The position numbers and the translations under genes were made by a program. From an uncultured Bacteroidota bacterium (GTDB taxonomy: Bacteria; CLD3; SB21), in NCBI GenBank assembly GCA_964535295.1, contig CAZHUW010000006.1:1-38472 (forward strand): a stretch of DNA of 38,472 nt. The letters run 5' to 3'. Under the pieces are notes generated by a model, which saw nothing but the letters and a program-made list of their open reading frames with translations, was not told the DNA's origin and made no database searches. Positions 1-9,475 of this stretch are shown here, piece after piece. Position 1 is the first letter of the stretch; every line of letters begins with the position of its first letter.

Positions 1-2
1 TC

Positions 3-3000
3 CACAAATCCGGCGGCACAGGCGTTTCAAGTTTTGAATATCAGATCAGCAATTACGGTACACTTCAAATAGACTCCGGTCTGACCGTTCTGTGTTATGA
101 CAGCCTTGTTAACTTCAGCGGCGGCATCATCACAGGAAAAGGTACACTCGATGTCAGCACTCGAATGACCAATGCCGGAACGATTCGCCCCGGAACTTCT
201 CCAGGTAAACTTAGAGTAACGGGAAATTTGAAGAATACGAGTACCGCCATTTATGATGCGGAGATCGGCGGGAAAAACCCCGGACAATTCGATGAACTTC
301 GCGCATCCGGCACCGCAACGCTTGCGGGAACTTTGAACATAAATCTGATCGACGGTTATCTGCCTGCTTTAAACGACACGATCAAGGTATTGAATTACGG
401 TTCCAAGACGGGCGCTTTCGGCGCGATCAACGGACTCCGTAGCGGCGGACCATATGATTTCGTACCGCTGTACAAAGACACGGCGCTTTTTTTGATCGCC
501 TCGGATTCGCTCAATTCAGAACCGGTTGCATCCACTGATTTTTTGTCTGCTCCTGAAGATGTTGAAACCCATCTTCCCGTTCTCAGAAACGATGTAGATT
601 CGAACAGCGACGCTCTGTCTGTTGTGGAAATTTTATCCGGTTACCCGCAGTATGGAACCGCGCACATTGGTTCGCCCGACACGACCATTGTGTACACATC
701 CCCGCTCAACTACTTCGGTAAGGATACTTTGCGTTACGTCGTATATGACGGACGCGGCGGATGGGACACCGCAGGCGTTAGTGTCACGATTACTCCCGTT
801 AATGATGCTCCAACTCTCAAGGACACTTTCGCCATTGCGAACCAATTTGGCGTCGCGAGGATCAATGTAATCACCACGGCCACCGATGTCGAAGGTTCCG
901 CACTTTTTGCGTCCACTGCATCCAAACCAAAATACGGCGAGGCGCATGTTGACGGTAACGACTCATTCGTCGTCTATATTCCGCCCGTACATTTCACAGG
1001 CATTGACAGCTTCAAATTCTATGTTTCCGACGGCAGCGCAGTTGATTCGGCAACGATGGTCGTCACAGTTTCCTCCGGTGATTCATTCCTGGTAACCTGG
1101 AGTAAATTCAATTCGAGCGACGAGGGATGGAATACATTCAACGATGTTTCCGATTCAGCCTTCTTATCAACGGGCGGAAACCCGGGCGGTTATTTCTATG
1201 CCGTGGACGCCGTGACCGGAGCTTGGTGGTATTTTAATGCGCCGTCCAAATTCCTGGGAGATCTGAGTTCGACCTACAACAAGACCCTGCGATTTGATAT
1301 GAAACAGAATCCGGCGGGCACGGATAATTCACAACCCGACGTGATACTGATCGGAAACGGCGTGCAATTGAATTATGATTTTCCGCGTAATCCCAGGACC
1401 AATTTCACCGGTTTCGGCCTGATACTCAACGAGACTACCGGTTGGAAAAAACAAACGACCGGGTTGGCGCCGAGCCAATCAGAAATGCAAAACGTGCTGG
1501 CCAATGTAACTACGCTCAGAATTCGTGGTGAATTCACAGGAGGAGCAGACAGCGCCGGCATTGACAATATCATACTTGGTAAGATTCCAGGTAATTCATC
1601 GCCTGTGGCCAATGCAGACGACGCAAGCACTAACGAAGAAGTATCCGTGCAGGTTTCTCCGCTGACCAACGATACCGATCCGGAGAGCCAGTCACTCACG
1701 ATCACGGCCGTTGGCAACGCCCTCAACGGTACTGCAACCATTGATGCAGGCACTCTCACCATTACTTACAAACCGGATTCTAATTTCGCGGGCGTCGATT
1801 CTTTCGCATATCATATCACGGACGGGTACGGCGGACAGGATTCTGCTTATGTCCGGGTAACGGTGAACAACATCAACGATGCGCCGGTCGTCGTTGCGGC
1901 GATTCCCGACACTACCTTCAATGAAGATTTCGGCAAATCGTTTTTGGCCGTGATGTCCGACGTATTTTATGACGTGGATAACGGTCCGACGTTCGGAGCA
2001 ACTAACCTTTCCGGCGGCGTTACGCCGTTCATTTCCAATGATAGTTTGTACGTTTTGAGTTCGGCCTACTACAACGGCACCGTGGATATTCGTGTCACGG
2101 CGAATGACGGGGAATATACGGCAGCCGACACGTTTTCTGTCAATATCACCGGCGTGAATAACGCGCCGACGCTAACCGCCGCCCTTCGCGATACGTCGTT
2201 CAACGAAGATTTCGGGCGAACTTTCGCCGGATTGCTGTCGGCTTACTTCACCGATACCGATGGCGATACGCTGACATTCGGTTCAAATGTTCTTTCAGGA
2301 AGTGTGACCGTTCAAACCGATCTCGACAGCTTATTTATTACCGGCGGTGCTGATTTCAACGGGCCTGCCTTCGTTCGCGTTACAGCTAGTGACGGGCAGA
2401 ACGCAGTGTCCGACACGTTTCAGGTTACCGTTACGCCAATCAATGATTCACCGGTACGCCTTAGCGAAATCAGCGACCGGAATCTGGCACAGGATTTCGG
2501 AAGAGTATTTGGAGACAAACTTTCCGACATGTTTACAGATATTGACAACTTTTCGCTCACCTACGGAGTTACGACGCTTAACGCCGGAGTCAATGGAGAA
2601 ATCTCCAACGATACACTGTATCTGGTAAGCACAAACGGTTTCACCGGCGCTTCAACGCTGCGTGTATCAGCAAGTGACGGCGAATATACGGTTGCAGATA
2701 CGTTCATAGTGAATGTAAATTCTTCCAATGTCCCTCCGACAATGTCCGCCATACTTCGCGACACCACACTATTTGAGGATTTCGGGCAGTTGTTCGTCTA
2801 TAAACTCAGCAACTTTTTCAGCGACACAGAAGTTCTTACTTATTCCGGGTCTGCGCTCGGCGCCGGTGTGGCTGCACAGGTTTCCAATGACAGTTTGTAT
2901 CTTACAAGTACTTCCGATTTCAACGGCAGCGTATCGGTTCGTGTCACCGCCTCGGACGGGATCTTTACGGTTCCAGACACATTTATAGTAAACGTATCAC

Positions 3001-4556
3001 CCATTAACGACGCACCGGTTCTGACCCAATTCCTGTCCGACGTTACCTTAGCGGAGGATTTCGGAAGTTATTCTGCAGGACTTCTGTCCGGTTATTTCTC
3101 TGATGTTGACAATGTGCTGACTATTTCTGCTACGAATCTCGATGCGGGCGTAACCTCTGTCATATCCAACGATTCGTTGTATTTGCTCGGCTCGATCAAT
3201 TTTTACGGGAATGTTCGCATCAAAATTACAAGCGATGATGGGCAATATACCGTGTCGGACACGTTCGTAGTAACAGTAACTCCACAGAACGATGCGCCTT
3301 CAGTGTTTTCTTTACTTGCCCCGGCGCCAAATGCTCTTATCAATATCCTCCGGCCCGTATTCCGATGGAATACATCAAAGGACATTGACGGCGATACTTT
3401 ACAGTATCTGCTTGAGATATCGACGCAGACGGACTTCTCCTCGCTGGAGCAATCCTATTCGATTGCCGATACCGTTCAGACGCTGACGTCCGATCTTGAC
3501 AGTACGGGAACGTATTACTGGCGGGTCACGGCCACTGACGGGAGCGGCGGAAGTTTTCAGACAACGGCGCTAAGTTTCCGGACAGATGCAACGCGGCCGG
3601 ATATCCGCATCAGCGTTCTGCAAGGACCCATAACAAAACGTTATCTTGATACTTACGCCTATTCCAACGAGAACTTATCCGGGGCGGTCAATTCGACTTT
3701 CACGCTGAAAAACAGCTCAGGAACCACGATCGACAGCCGTTCCGCCGCGATGAACAAAATAGGAACGTCGAACTTATATACCTCTTCGTATCACGTTGCC
3801 GACGTCGGAAGCCTTGAGATCCAAGTCACGGCGCAGGACGCAGCCGCTAATCAGCGTATTGCAAACAGAAATTATACGGTCAACGCTCTGCTCAAAGGAG
3901 AAACGTTCGTATCGCTCTCGCCGGAATTTGAAGTGAGTTCAATCAAACCGGCGATTTCCGAATCCGGATTCATACTAACCGGTCCGGTAAAAGAAATCGA
4001 ATCAGCCGTGATGACATCGCTAAAAAACGGGGTCGAATTGATCGGCACGACGGAGCTTAAAGATGCGCTAAAGCTCACGATCCGGTACGACGCATCGGAA
4101 ATGTCGTCTTTAAAGTTAAGATCCAATTTCGACGAACGTAAGATCGGCATCTATCGCGTTACTGAAAACGGCTTTGAATATGCCGGCGGACAAGGACACG
4201 ATCATGCGGTCACGGTGACGGTATCGTCCTATGGCAAATACGTTGCGCTTTACGATGACCGCCATGAGATCGTGCCGGAACGAATTGAATTGGCACAGAA
4301 TTATCCTAACCCGTTCAATCCGTCAACCACGATCCAATACGGACTCGCCGTGACCGGCAAAGTACGTCTTGTCATTTACAACGTCCTTGGCCAGCGCGTA
4401 AGGGAATTGATTGATGCAAACCAGCCGGCAGGTTACCACAAAGTCCTATGGGACGGAAGAAACGCTTCAGGACAAACCGTTGCGACGGGCATGTATATTT
4501 ACCGCCTCGAGACATCGGACGGCGTGCTTTCGCGTAAGATGATGTTAATAAAATAA
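3..4556 (+). CDS. Large secreted/surface adhesin-like protein (5'-truncated): beta-helix-like N-terminal segment, Ig-like domains, laminin-B-like domain, five cadherin/Ig-like repeats, FN3-like domain, C-terminal FlgD-Ig/T9SS type A sorting domain
   Basis: The frame is open without a stop from position 3 (HKSGGTGVSS...) into the listed ORF at 165, so the gene starts upstream of the window. It carries repeated N(D/N)AP...D....EDFG units and ends in LAQNYPNPFNPSTTIQY...LWDGRNASGQTVATGMYIYRL, typical of FCB-group secreted proteins. Confidence 0.9.
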   Translation, partial: HKSGGTGVSSFEYQISNYGTLQIDSGLTVLCYDSLVNFSGGIITGKGTLDVSTRMTNAGTIRPGTSPGKLRVTGNLKNTSTAIYDAEIGGKNPGQFDELRASGTATLAGTLNINLIDGYLPALNDTIKVLNYGSKTGAFGAINGLRSGGPYDFVPLYKDTALFLIASDSLNSEPVASTDFLSAPEDVETHLPVLRNDVDSNSDALSVVEILSGYPQYGTAHIGSPDTTIVYTSPLNYFGKDTLRYVVYDGRGGWDTAGVSVTITPVNDAPTLKDTFAIANQFGVARINVITTATDVEGSALFASTASKPKYGEAHVDGNDSFVVYIPPVHFTGIDSFKFYVSDGSAVDSATMVVTVSSGDSFLVTWSKFNSSDEGWNTFNDVSDSAFLSTGGNPGGYFYAVDAVTGAWWYFNAPSKFLGDLSSTYNKTLRFDMKQNPAGTDNSQPDVILIGNGVQLNYDFPRNPRTNFTGFGLILNETTGWKKQTTGLAPSQSEMQNVLANVTTLRIRGEFTGGADSAGIDNIILGKIPGNSSPVANADDASTNEEVSVQVSPLTNDTDPESQSLTITAVGNALNGTATIDAGTLTITYKPDSNFAGVDSFAYHITDGYGGQDSAYVRVTVNNINDAPVVVAAIPDTTFNEDFGKSFLAVMSDVFYDVDNGPTFGATNLSGGVTPFISNDSLYVLSSAYYNGTVDIRVTANDGEYTAADTFSVNITGVNNAPTLTAALRDTSFNEDFGRTFAGLLSAYFTDTDGDTLTFGSNVLSGSVTVQTDLDSLFITGGADFNGPAFVRVTASDGQNAVSDTFQVTVTPINDSPVRLSEISDRNLAQDFGRVFGDKLSDMFTDIDNFSLTYGVTTLNAGVNGEISNDTLYLVSTNGFTGASTLRVSASDGEYTVADTFIVNVNSSNVPPTMSAILRDTTLFEDFGQLFVYKLSNFFSDTEVLTYSGSALGAGVAAQVSNDSLYLTSTSDFNGSVSVRVTASDGIFTVPDTFIVNVSPINDAPVLTQFLSDVTLAEDFGSYSAGLLSGYFSDVDNVLTISATNLDAGVTSVISNDSLYLLGSINFYGNVRIKITSDDGQYTVSDTFVVTVTPQNDAPSVFSLLAPAPNALINILRPVFRWNTSKDIDGDTLQYLLEISTQTDFSSLEQSYSIADTVQTLTSDLDSTGTYYWRVTATDGSGGSFQTTALSFRTDATRPDIRISVLQGPITKRYLDTYAYSNENLSGAVNSTFTLKNSSGTTIDSRSAAMNKIGTSNLYTSSYHVADVGSLEIQVTAQDAAANQRIANRNYTVNALLKGETFVSLSPEFEVSSIKPAISESGFILTGPVKEIESAVMTSLKNGVELIGTTELKDALKLTIRYDASEMSSLKLRSNFDERKIGIYRVTENGFEYAGGQGHDHAVTVTVSSYGKYVALYDDRHEIVPERIELAQNYPNPFNPSTTIQYGLAVTGKVRLVIYNVLGQRVRELIDANQPAGYHKVLWDGRNASGQTVATGMYIYRLETSDGVLSRKMMLIK
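1875..3287 (+). repeat. Five tandem ~93-95 aa cadherin/Ig-like protein repeats
   Basis: Repeat starts (N-D/N/V-A/S/P-P) at 1875, 2157, 2442, 2727 and 3006; the next unit boundary is at 3288. Shared motifs: (E/Q)DFG, SNDSLY, V(T/S)ASDG..TV.DTF.V.V. Confidence 0.85.
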
Positions 4557-4590
4557 GGCAGACGCAAAACTTTTCAATAGGAGATTATCG

Positions 4591-5169
4591 ATGAGACCAA
4601 TGGCAAAATTTTTAATTGGAACCTTATCCGCTCTCATGATGGGATGCGGCGGCGGCGGACAAAGCGATCCGCTGGCTGATGGCTGGAATCATTTCACATC
4701 CGGACTATATCAGGAAGCGCATGCCTCGTTTGTTTCGGCCGTTGAATCGGGGAACAACGAAGGTTACACCGGGCTCGGCTGGGTTTGTATCGATCTGGAT
4801 TCACTTCCAGAAGCGGACCGGTATTTCGGCCTTGCTGCAGCAGGCAATTTCGCAGACGGCTACGCCGGATGGAGCGCCGTATTGTGGGCGCGTGAAAATT
4901 ACTCCGACTGTATCACAAAAGCCGATCTCGTTTTACAAAATGAGCCTGCGTATTCCTTCGATTTCAGGCCAACGGTCAATTACCAGGATATGTTATGGTA
5001 TCAGGCCTCAAGCTATCTTCACCTAGGAAATTTTAGTCAGTGTTTGGAAAGAATACAAGAATTGGACGGTAGCTTCACAACGGACGTTAACGCGGTCAAT
5101 GCGGGGGATCTGCTGGCGGCTAAATTGGAAACTTTGGCAGGACAATTGGCGAAACAAATGAGACGTTGA
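4591..5169 (+). CDS. TPR-like lipoprotein
   Basis: AGGAG RBS upstream, lipobox LMMGC, and helical A/G/W/Y patterns typical of TPRs (GYTGLGWVCI, GYAGWSAV). Likely co-transcribed with the giant protein (34-bp gap). Confidence 0.75.
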   Translation: MRPMAKFLIGTLSALMMGCGGGGQSDPLADGWNHFTSGLYQEAHASFVSAVESGNNEGYTGLGWVCIDLDSLPEADRYFGLAAAGNFADGYAGWSAVLWARENYSDCITKADLVLQNEPAYSFDFRPTVNYQDMLWYQASSYLHLGNFSQCLERIQELDGSFTTDVNAVNAGDLLAAKLETLAGQLAKQMRR

Positions 5170-5174
5170 GTTTA

Positions 5175-6068
5175 TTAAAGCTTGTCGAACCGGTTACTGC
5201 AGGAATTAGAATAGATCTCTTTGGACAGGTCGTACGTGCAGGCGGCCGCAGAAGGCATGCCCTGAAGGCAAAAGATTCGATGAAATAATCTTTCATCCCC
5301 GTTATTTTTTTCTACGACGTCAATTAACATGCCCTGATCGCAGGCGTAGCATTTTTCGGCCTGTTTGGAAAGCGTGGTTCCGACAGATCGTGCTACCAGG
5401 GATTTACTGTCCGTCCAATATTCATCGCTTTGATTTTTTTCCTTAAAAGCGATCTGCTTCATCTTCTGAAACACGAGCCTTCCATCCTGTAAAGTCAATA
5501 TCGCTTTGAATTCCAGCCGATCACCCGGGTTAAACTTCAACCGGTTCTGAAATTCACGCCCAACAATGCAATACGTCAGATCCTCGAAATGATCGTTACC
5601 GATAAAGGCATCATTAAAACAAATAAGATAGCCAAGTAATTGGTTGCGTTCGGCCTTAGGGTTTGATGCGTTACCGTAAAACAATTTTTTGATGCGGGGT
5701 TTGACCGAACGGATCGTTGCGAGCACCCAATGCTCTCTATTCTCCGCGTCGCGCAGCCATTCTTCAAAGTCATGCAGCTCGTCCAGAAAAGCCGCATACC
5801 CACTCTCATCGGCTTTAACCAGTGAACGCGTGAATTTTTCCTCGTCAAAAAATTTACAGCCCGGACAATTCTTTCCTACATGACTGTAACCCCGGTAACA
5901 TTTTCGCCGGTGTTCCAATTCATGGCACTTCCATCTAAAATAAGTACATCCGTTGGGAAAACACCCTTTGCGGTGCATGGTATGATAGACGGATACAAAA
6001 TGCCCGCGCTGACCATGGGCATCATGCGTACAACGGAAAATATCCTGACGTTTGTATTGGTTTTTCAT
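5175..6068 (-). CDS. Hypothetical Cys/His-rich, putative multi-metal-binding protein
   Basis: 297-aa ORF downstream of mazG on the same strand. Motifs: C-x4-H, C-x4-C, C-x8-C, CPGC, CYAC, C-x9-C. Confidence 0.8.
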   Translation of the reverse strand: MKNQYKRQDIFRCTHDAHGQRGHFVSVYHTMHRKGCFPNGCTYFRWKCHELEHRRKCYRGYSHVGKNCPGCKFFDEEKFTRSLVKADESGYAAFLDELHDFEEWLRDAENREHWVLATIRSVKPRIKKLFYGNASNPKAERNQLLGYLICFNDAFIGNDHFEDLTYCIVGREFQNRLKFNPGDRLEFKAILTLQDGRLVFQKMKQIAFKEKNQSDEYWTDSKSLVARSVGTTLSKQAEKCYACDQGMLIDVVEKNNGDERLFHRIFCLQGMPSAAACTYDLSKEIYSNSCSNRFDKL

Positions 6069-6072
6069 AAGC

Positions 6073-6137
6073 AGAATTCAGAAGTCAGAATACAGAATCA
6101 TTCCATCTTGTTTTTTGTATTCTGACTTATGAGTTCT
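6073..6137. repeat. Inverted repeat built of CAGAAT-like heptamers, overlapping the mazG 3' end
   Basis: Left arm 6073-6094 is AGAATTCAGAAGTCAGAATACA. The reverse complement of the right arm (6116-6137) is AGAACTCATAAGTCAGAATACA, a 20/22 match. Confidence 0.8.
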
Positions 6138-6961
6138 ATTTTTTTCGCTTCATTCCAGAATACATCCATTTCTTCAAGGGTTGCATCCTTCATATTACGG
6201 GAAGATTCAGAGAACTTCTGCTCGACATACCGGAACCGGCGCATGAATTTCTCGATCGTGCCGCGAAGCGCGTCTTCAGGGTTGACCTCGAGGAATCTTG
6301 AAATATTGACGATCGAAAACAACACGTCGCCCAATTCCTCTTCCGTCTTTTTAAGGTCTTTCTTTTGTAATGCTTCTTCAAGTTCTTTAAGTTCTTCGTA
6401 CACTTTCGGCCAGACATCCTTGATATCGCCCCAGTCAAATCCGACGCGCGAAGCTTTCTCCTGTACCCGGTACGCGCGCGCCAAAGCCGCCATAGTCCGA
6501 GGAACGCCGTCCAGTACCGAATTACGGTTAGCCTCGGTCAGTTTGATCTGCTCCCAATTTTTTAGAACCTGTTCCGCATCGTTGGCCACAACTTCCCCAA
6601 AAACATGCGGGTGCCGGCGGATCAGTTTATCGTTCAAACTCCGGATCACATCCTCCATATCAAAGATATCATTCTCCGAAGCGATGCGTGAATGAAAAAG
6701 GATCTGCAGCATCAGATCGCCCATCTCTTTGCGCAATTCTTCATAATGCTTTTCATCCAGCGTTTCCAAAACCTCGTAAACTTCTTCCAGCAGATATTGC
6801 CGCAGTGAATCGTGCGTTTGTTCCCTGTCCCACGGACATTTGGTTCGAAGTTCGCGCATGATATTGTACAGACGGCCGAATTGTTCCCGCACAGCGGCAC
6901 TTTTTTCGTCGTCGGTAATTTGGATTTTTTCAGTTTCGGTGAACTTATTATTGCTCGACAT
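6098..6961 (-). CDS. mazG: Nucleoside triphosphate pyrophosphohydrolase MazG
   Basis: CPWDREQT, LLEEVYE, EMGDLMLQILFHSRIA, KLIRRHPHVFG and second-domain EEELGDVLF motifs. Confidence 0.96.
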   Translation of the reverse strand: MSSNNKFTETEKIQITDDEKSAAVREQFGRLYNIMRELRTKCPWDREQTHDSLRQYLLEEVYEVLETLDEKHYEELRKEMGDLMLQILFHSRIASENDIFDMEDVIRSLNDKLIRRHPHVFGEVVANDAEQVLKNWEQIKLTEANRNSVLDGVPRTMAALARAYRVQEKASRVGFDWGDIKDVWPKVYEELKELEEALQKKDLKKTEEELGDVLFSIVNISRFLEVNPEDALRGTIEKFMRRFRYVEQKFSESSRNMKDATLEEMDVFWNEAKKIELISQNTKNKME

Positions 6962-7003
6962 ATCCGGATATTCTTTCTTTTATGTTTGCTGCTTTGTAAT
7001 TTT

Positions 7004-7113
7004 CAAACCCCAAAACACAAATCTCAAATAAATTCTAAATACTAAATTCATACCCGGTATAGTTTATAAATTAGAATTTGTGATTTATTTGTGATTTGAA
7101 TATTGAGATTTCT
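7004..7113. repeat. Degenerate AT-rich heptamer inverted-repeat element (CAAAT(C/A)n units facing ATTTG(T/A)G units)
   Basis: Left arm caaacccCAAAACACAAATCTCAAATAAATTCTAAAT; right arm TTAGAATTTGTGATTTATTTGTGATTTGAATATTGAGATTT. Lies in the TPR-mazG intergenic region. Confidence 0.7.
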
Positions 7114-7114
7114 A

Positions 7115-9475
7115 TTATTGTTTCTTCTGCTGGATACGCTTGAGCAATTCCTCCCGATAGGCCTGCTCGTATTGGCGAACGAGTTCCTTGAACGTCGGTT
7201 TATTTTTAACCTGGATGAATAGCTTATTCTTGTCCAGTTCGGCAAAATCCGAGAAATTATTATGAAAAGCTTTCAGCATCCAGCGCGCCGCTCCGGCTTC
7301 ATCATTCCGCGCCGCAAATACCGATGCGATGCGATACGGCGTGATATCGGATAAAGAATCCAATGCCCACTGAAGTTCATACTGCGACAAAGCAAGATCC
7401 ATTTTATTCTGTTGAAGCAGGATATCCCCGTAGTCCCCATACAAACGCGCATCGGGATTTTGAGCCCGGTTCATTAAGCGTATCCCTTCCATAATCTCTT
7501 TCTCAGCATCTTCCCATCGCTCAAGCGAGAAATAAACATGTGAAAGCGTTTGTCTTGAATAATAATTGGATGAATCCAACGAAACCGCTTTTTGTGCATT
7601 TTGCAGCGCTCTATCGTATTTTTTCATTTCTTCGAATGTCCGCGCCATTTCAAGATACACGTCAATATAATTCGGAAAGGTCCTTACGGCTTTTTCAAAA
7701 GCATTGACCGCTTCCTCGTTCTGTTTGTTCCCTTTGAGTGCCAGCCCGTATTGGTAATAGGATTCGGCATTCGGATACATACGGATACTTTTGAGAATTT
7801 CCAGCTGCGCGTCCTCGAATTTTTTCTGTTTGACCAGGATCCTGCCGATCATCAAGTGACAGCGGGCAAAATTATAACTATCTTTCGCATCGTCCGCATA
7901 GATGCGATAATAATCCAGCGCCTGCGGAAGCTTGTCGGAACGATAATACGATTCTGCCAGATAAAATCTGAGCCGCAGCGCATCCGGTCTTAATTTAAGT
8001 GCGATCTGAAATTGATTGGCCGCCTCTGCAAAATCATTAAGGTAATACAACGAAGCGTAACCTAAGGCCGAGCGATATAAAAAATCTTCCTGCGCGTTCA
8101 GTTCGCCTTCCAGGAGCGATTCATTCAGGGAATCCGCCAGCGTCTGAACGGGTTTGATATCTTTGCGGTTCTTGGAGAGGAATTGAAAGATCTGGATCGG
8201 GTTCTCTTTTGAATTCTCCAATTCCGGCTTGACGATCACTCCCTGCATAAAATAAGCGGCGGCCTGTTTGACATTTCCCTGCAGATAATTCAGATTCGCG
8301 TACGAGACCATGGCGAAAGCGTCCGAAGGATCGGCATCGATGATCTGGAGATACAGGGCTTTGGCCTCGTCATAATTGGTTTTGAGTTCATATAGTCGCG
8401 CCAGGTTCTTCCGCGCCGGGATCTCGTACTTATTGATCCGGGCCGCCTGCATAAAGTATTCTTTCGCTTTGGCGGAGTCCTTCAAACCCATGGACGAAAG
8501 TCCGAGTAAATTCAGTGCCGGGCTTTCCAACGCATTCAGTTTTAAAGCCTGGTTCGCGTATTGTTTCGACAATTCATAATTCTTGTCGTCGTAGGCGCAA
8601 TAGCCGAGGCGAACCTGCACGGCAGCGCTCGGATTCAGAGCCAGTTCTTTTTCATAATATCCTTTTGCTTTCCGGGTATCATTCAGATGATAATAATAGA
8701 TATCTCCGACGGCGCTGTTGACATCCTTTGCCAACGGCCATTTGTCCTGGTAACTTTTATAAATATTAAACGCGCGTTCGTATTCTTTTTTGATTACATG
8801 GACCTGGGCAAGTTCGGCGTACGCCTGGAAAAAATTTCCGTCCTCATGGATCGCATTCTGAAAATACTCAGCGGCTTTTTGAAGCCGTTCATCGGTTTGT
8901 GTAGCCGAACGCTGCGCTTTTCCCGCCATATAATTACGGTAGGCCCCAAAGCTTTTTGTCAGCTGAATTTTTTGAACTGCCTTCTGGATAGCCTCTTTAT
9001 TCACCGTAAGGGTGGCTTTGAGAAACTCCGATACTGCTTTTTCATGTACCGAAAAGATCTGATCCGTTATTTCACCTTTGAATACCGATTTCTTAAGCAG
9101 ATATTTTTTTTGAATGACGCTGACGGCATCGACGACGTATTCGATCTTATTTTTGTCGATCCTGGCCGTGATCAGAACGGCATACTGGAAAGGAGAGGCC
9201 GGTTTGTTCAATACCGCGTCGAGTGTGAGTTGATCTTTTTTGACGTTCTTAGCCGAATAACTATGCAGGTGTCCCTGAAATCCTGAAGAGCCGAGCGCCT
9301 TATCAAATGATTCCAATACCGCATACGCTGCCCAGCCGTTGCTGTCCGTTATGATATCATTTTCATGAATAAGCGTCAGGTCCACATGGGTAACTTCATT
9401 CTGAGCCAACAATGTTCCGGCGCTTATAAATGCTAAAACTAAACGGCTCAAAAAAAAGAAAGTTATTTTTTTCAT
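7115..9475 (-). CDS. Exported tetratricopeptide-repeat protein
   Basis: N-terminal signal peptide (MKKITFFFLSRLVLAFISAGTLLAQ) followed by many TPR units (A...LG..Y, A.A.F..A...P). Start overlaps the esterase stop (ATGA). Confidence 0.9.
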   Translation of the reverse strand: MKKITFFFLSRLVLAFISAGTLLAQNEVTHVDLTLIHENDIITDSNGWAAYAVLESFDKALGSSGFQGHLHSYSAKNVKKDQLTLDAVLNKPASPFQYAVLITARIDKNKIEYVVDAVSVIQKKYLLKKSVFKGEITDQIFSVHEKAVSEFLKATLTVNKEAIQKAVQKIQLTKSFGAYRNYMAGKAQRSATQTDERLQKAAEYFQNAIHEDGNFFQAYAELAQVHVIKKEYERAFNIYKSYQDKWPLAKDVNSAVGDIYYYHLNDTRKAKGYYEKELALNPSAAVQVRLGYCAYDDKNYELSKQYANQALKLNALESPALNLLGLSSMGLKDSAKAKEYFMQAARINKYEIPARKNLARLYELKTNYDEAKALYLQIIDADPSDAFAMVSYANLNYLQGNVKQAAAYFMQGVIVKPELENSKENPIQIFQFLSKNRKDIKPVQTLADSLNESLLEGELNAQEDFLYRSALGYASLYYLNDFAEAANQFQIALKLRPDALRLRFYLAESYYRSDKLPQALDYYRIYADDAKDSYNFARCHLMIGRILVKQKKFEDAQLEILKSIRMYPNAESYYQYGLALKGNKQNEEAVNAFEKAVRTFPNYIDVYLEMARTFEEMKKYDRALQNAQKAVSLDSSNYYSRQTLSHVYFSLERWEDAEKEIMEGIRLMNRAQNPDARLYGDYGDILLQQNKMDLALSQYELQWALDSLSDITPYRIASVFAARNDEAGAARWMLKAFHNNFSDFAELDKNKLFIQVKNKPTFKELVRQYEQAYREELLKRIQQKKQ

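Noticed and set aside
1875-3287. Periodic sequence that could be mistaken for a CRISPR array or DNA repeat
   Set aside because: The periodicity is at the protein level with divergent DNA. There are no identical direct repeats with unique spacers and no cas genes.
5160-5180. Convergent gene pairs with almost no spacer and no terminator (also 26683/26695 and 37213/37217)
   Set aside because: Common in compact bacterial genomes; there is no sequence evidence for functional antisense regulation.
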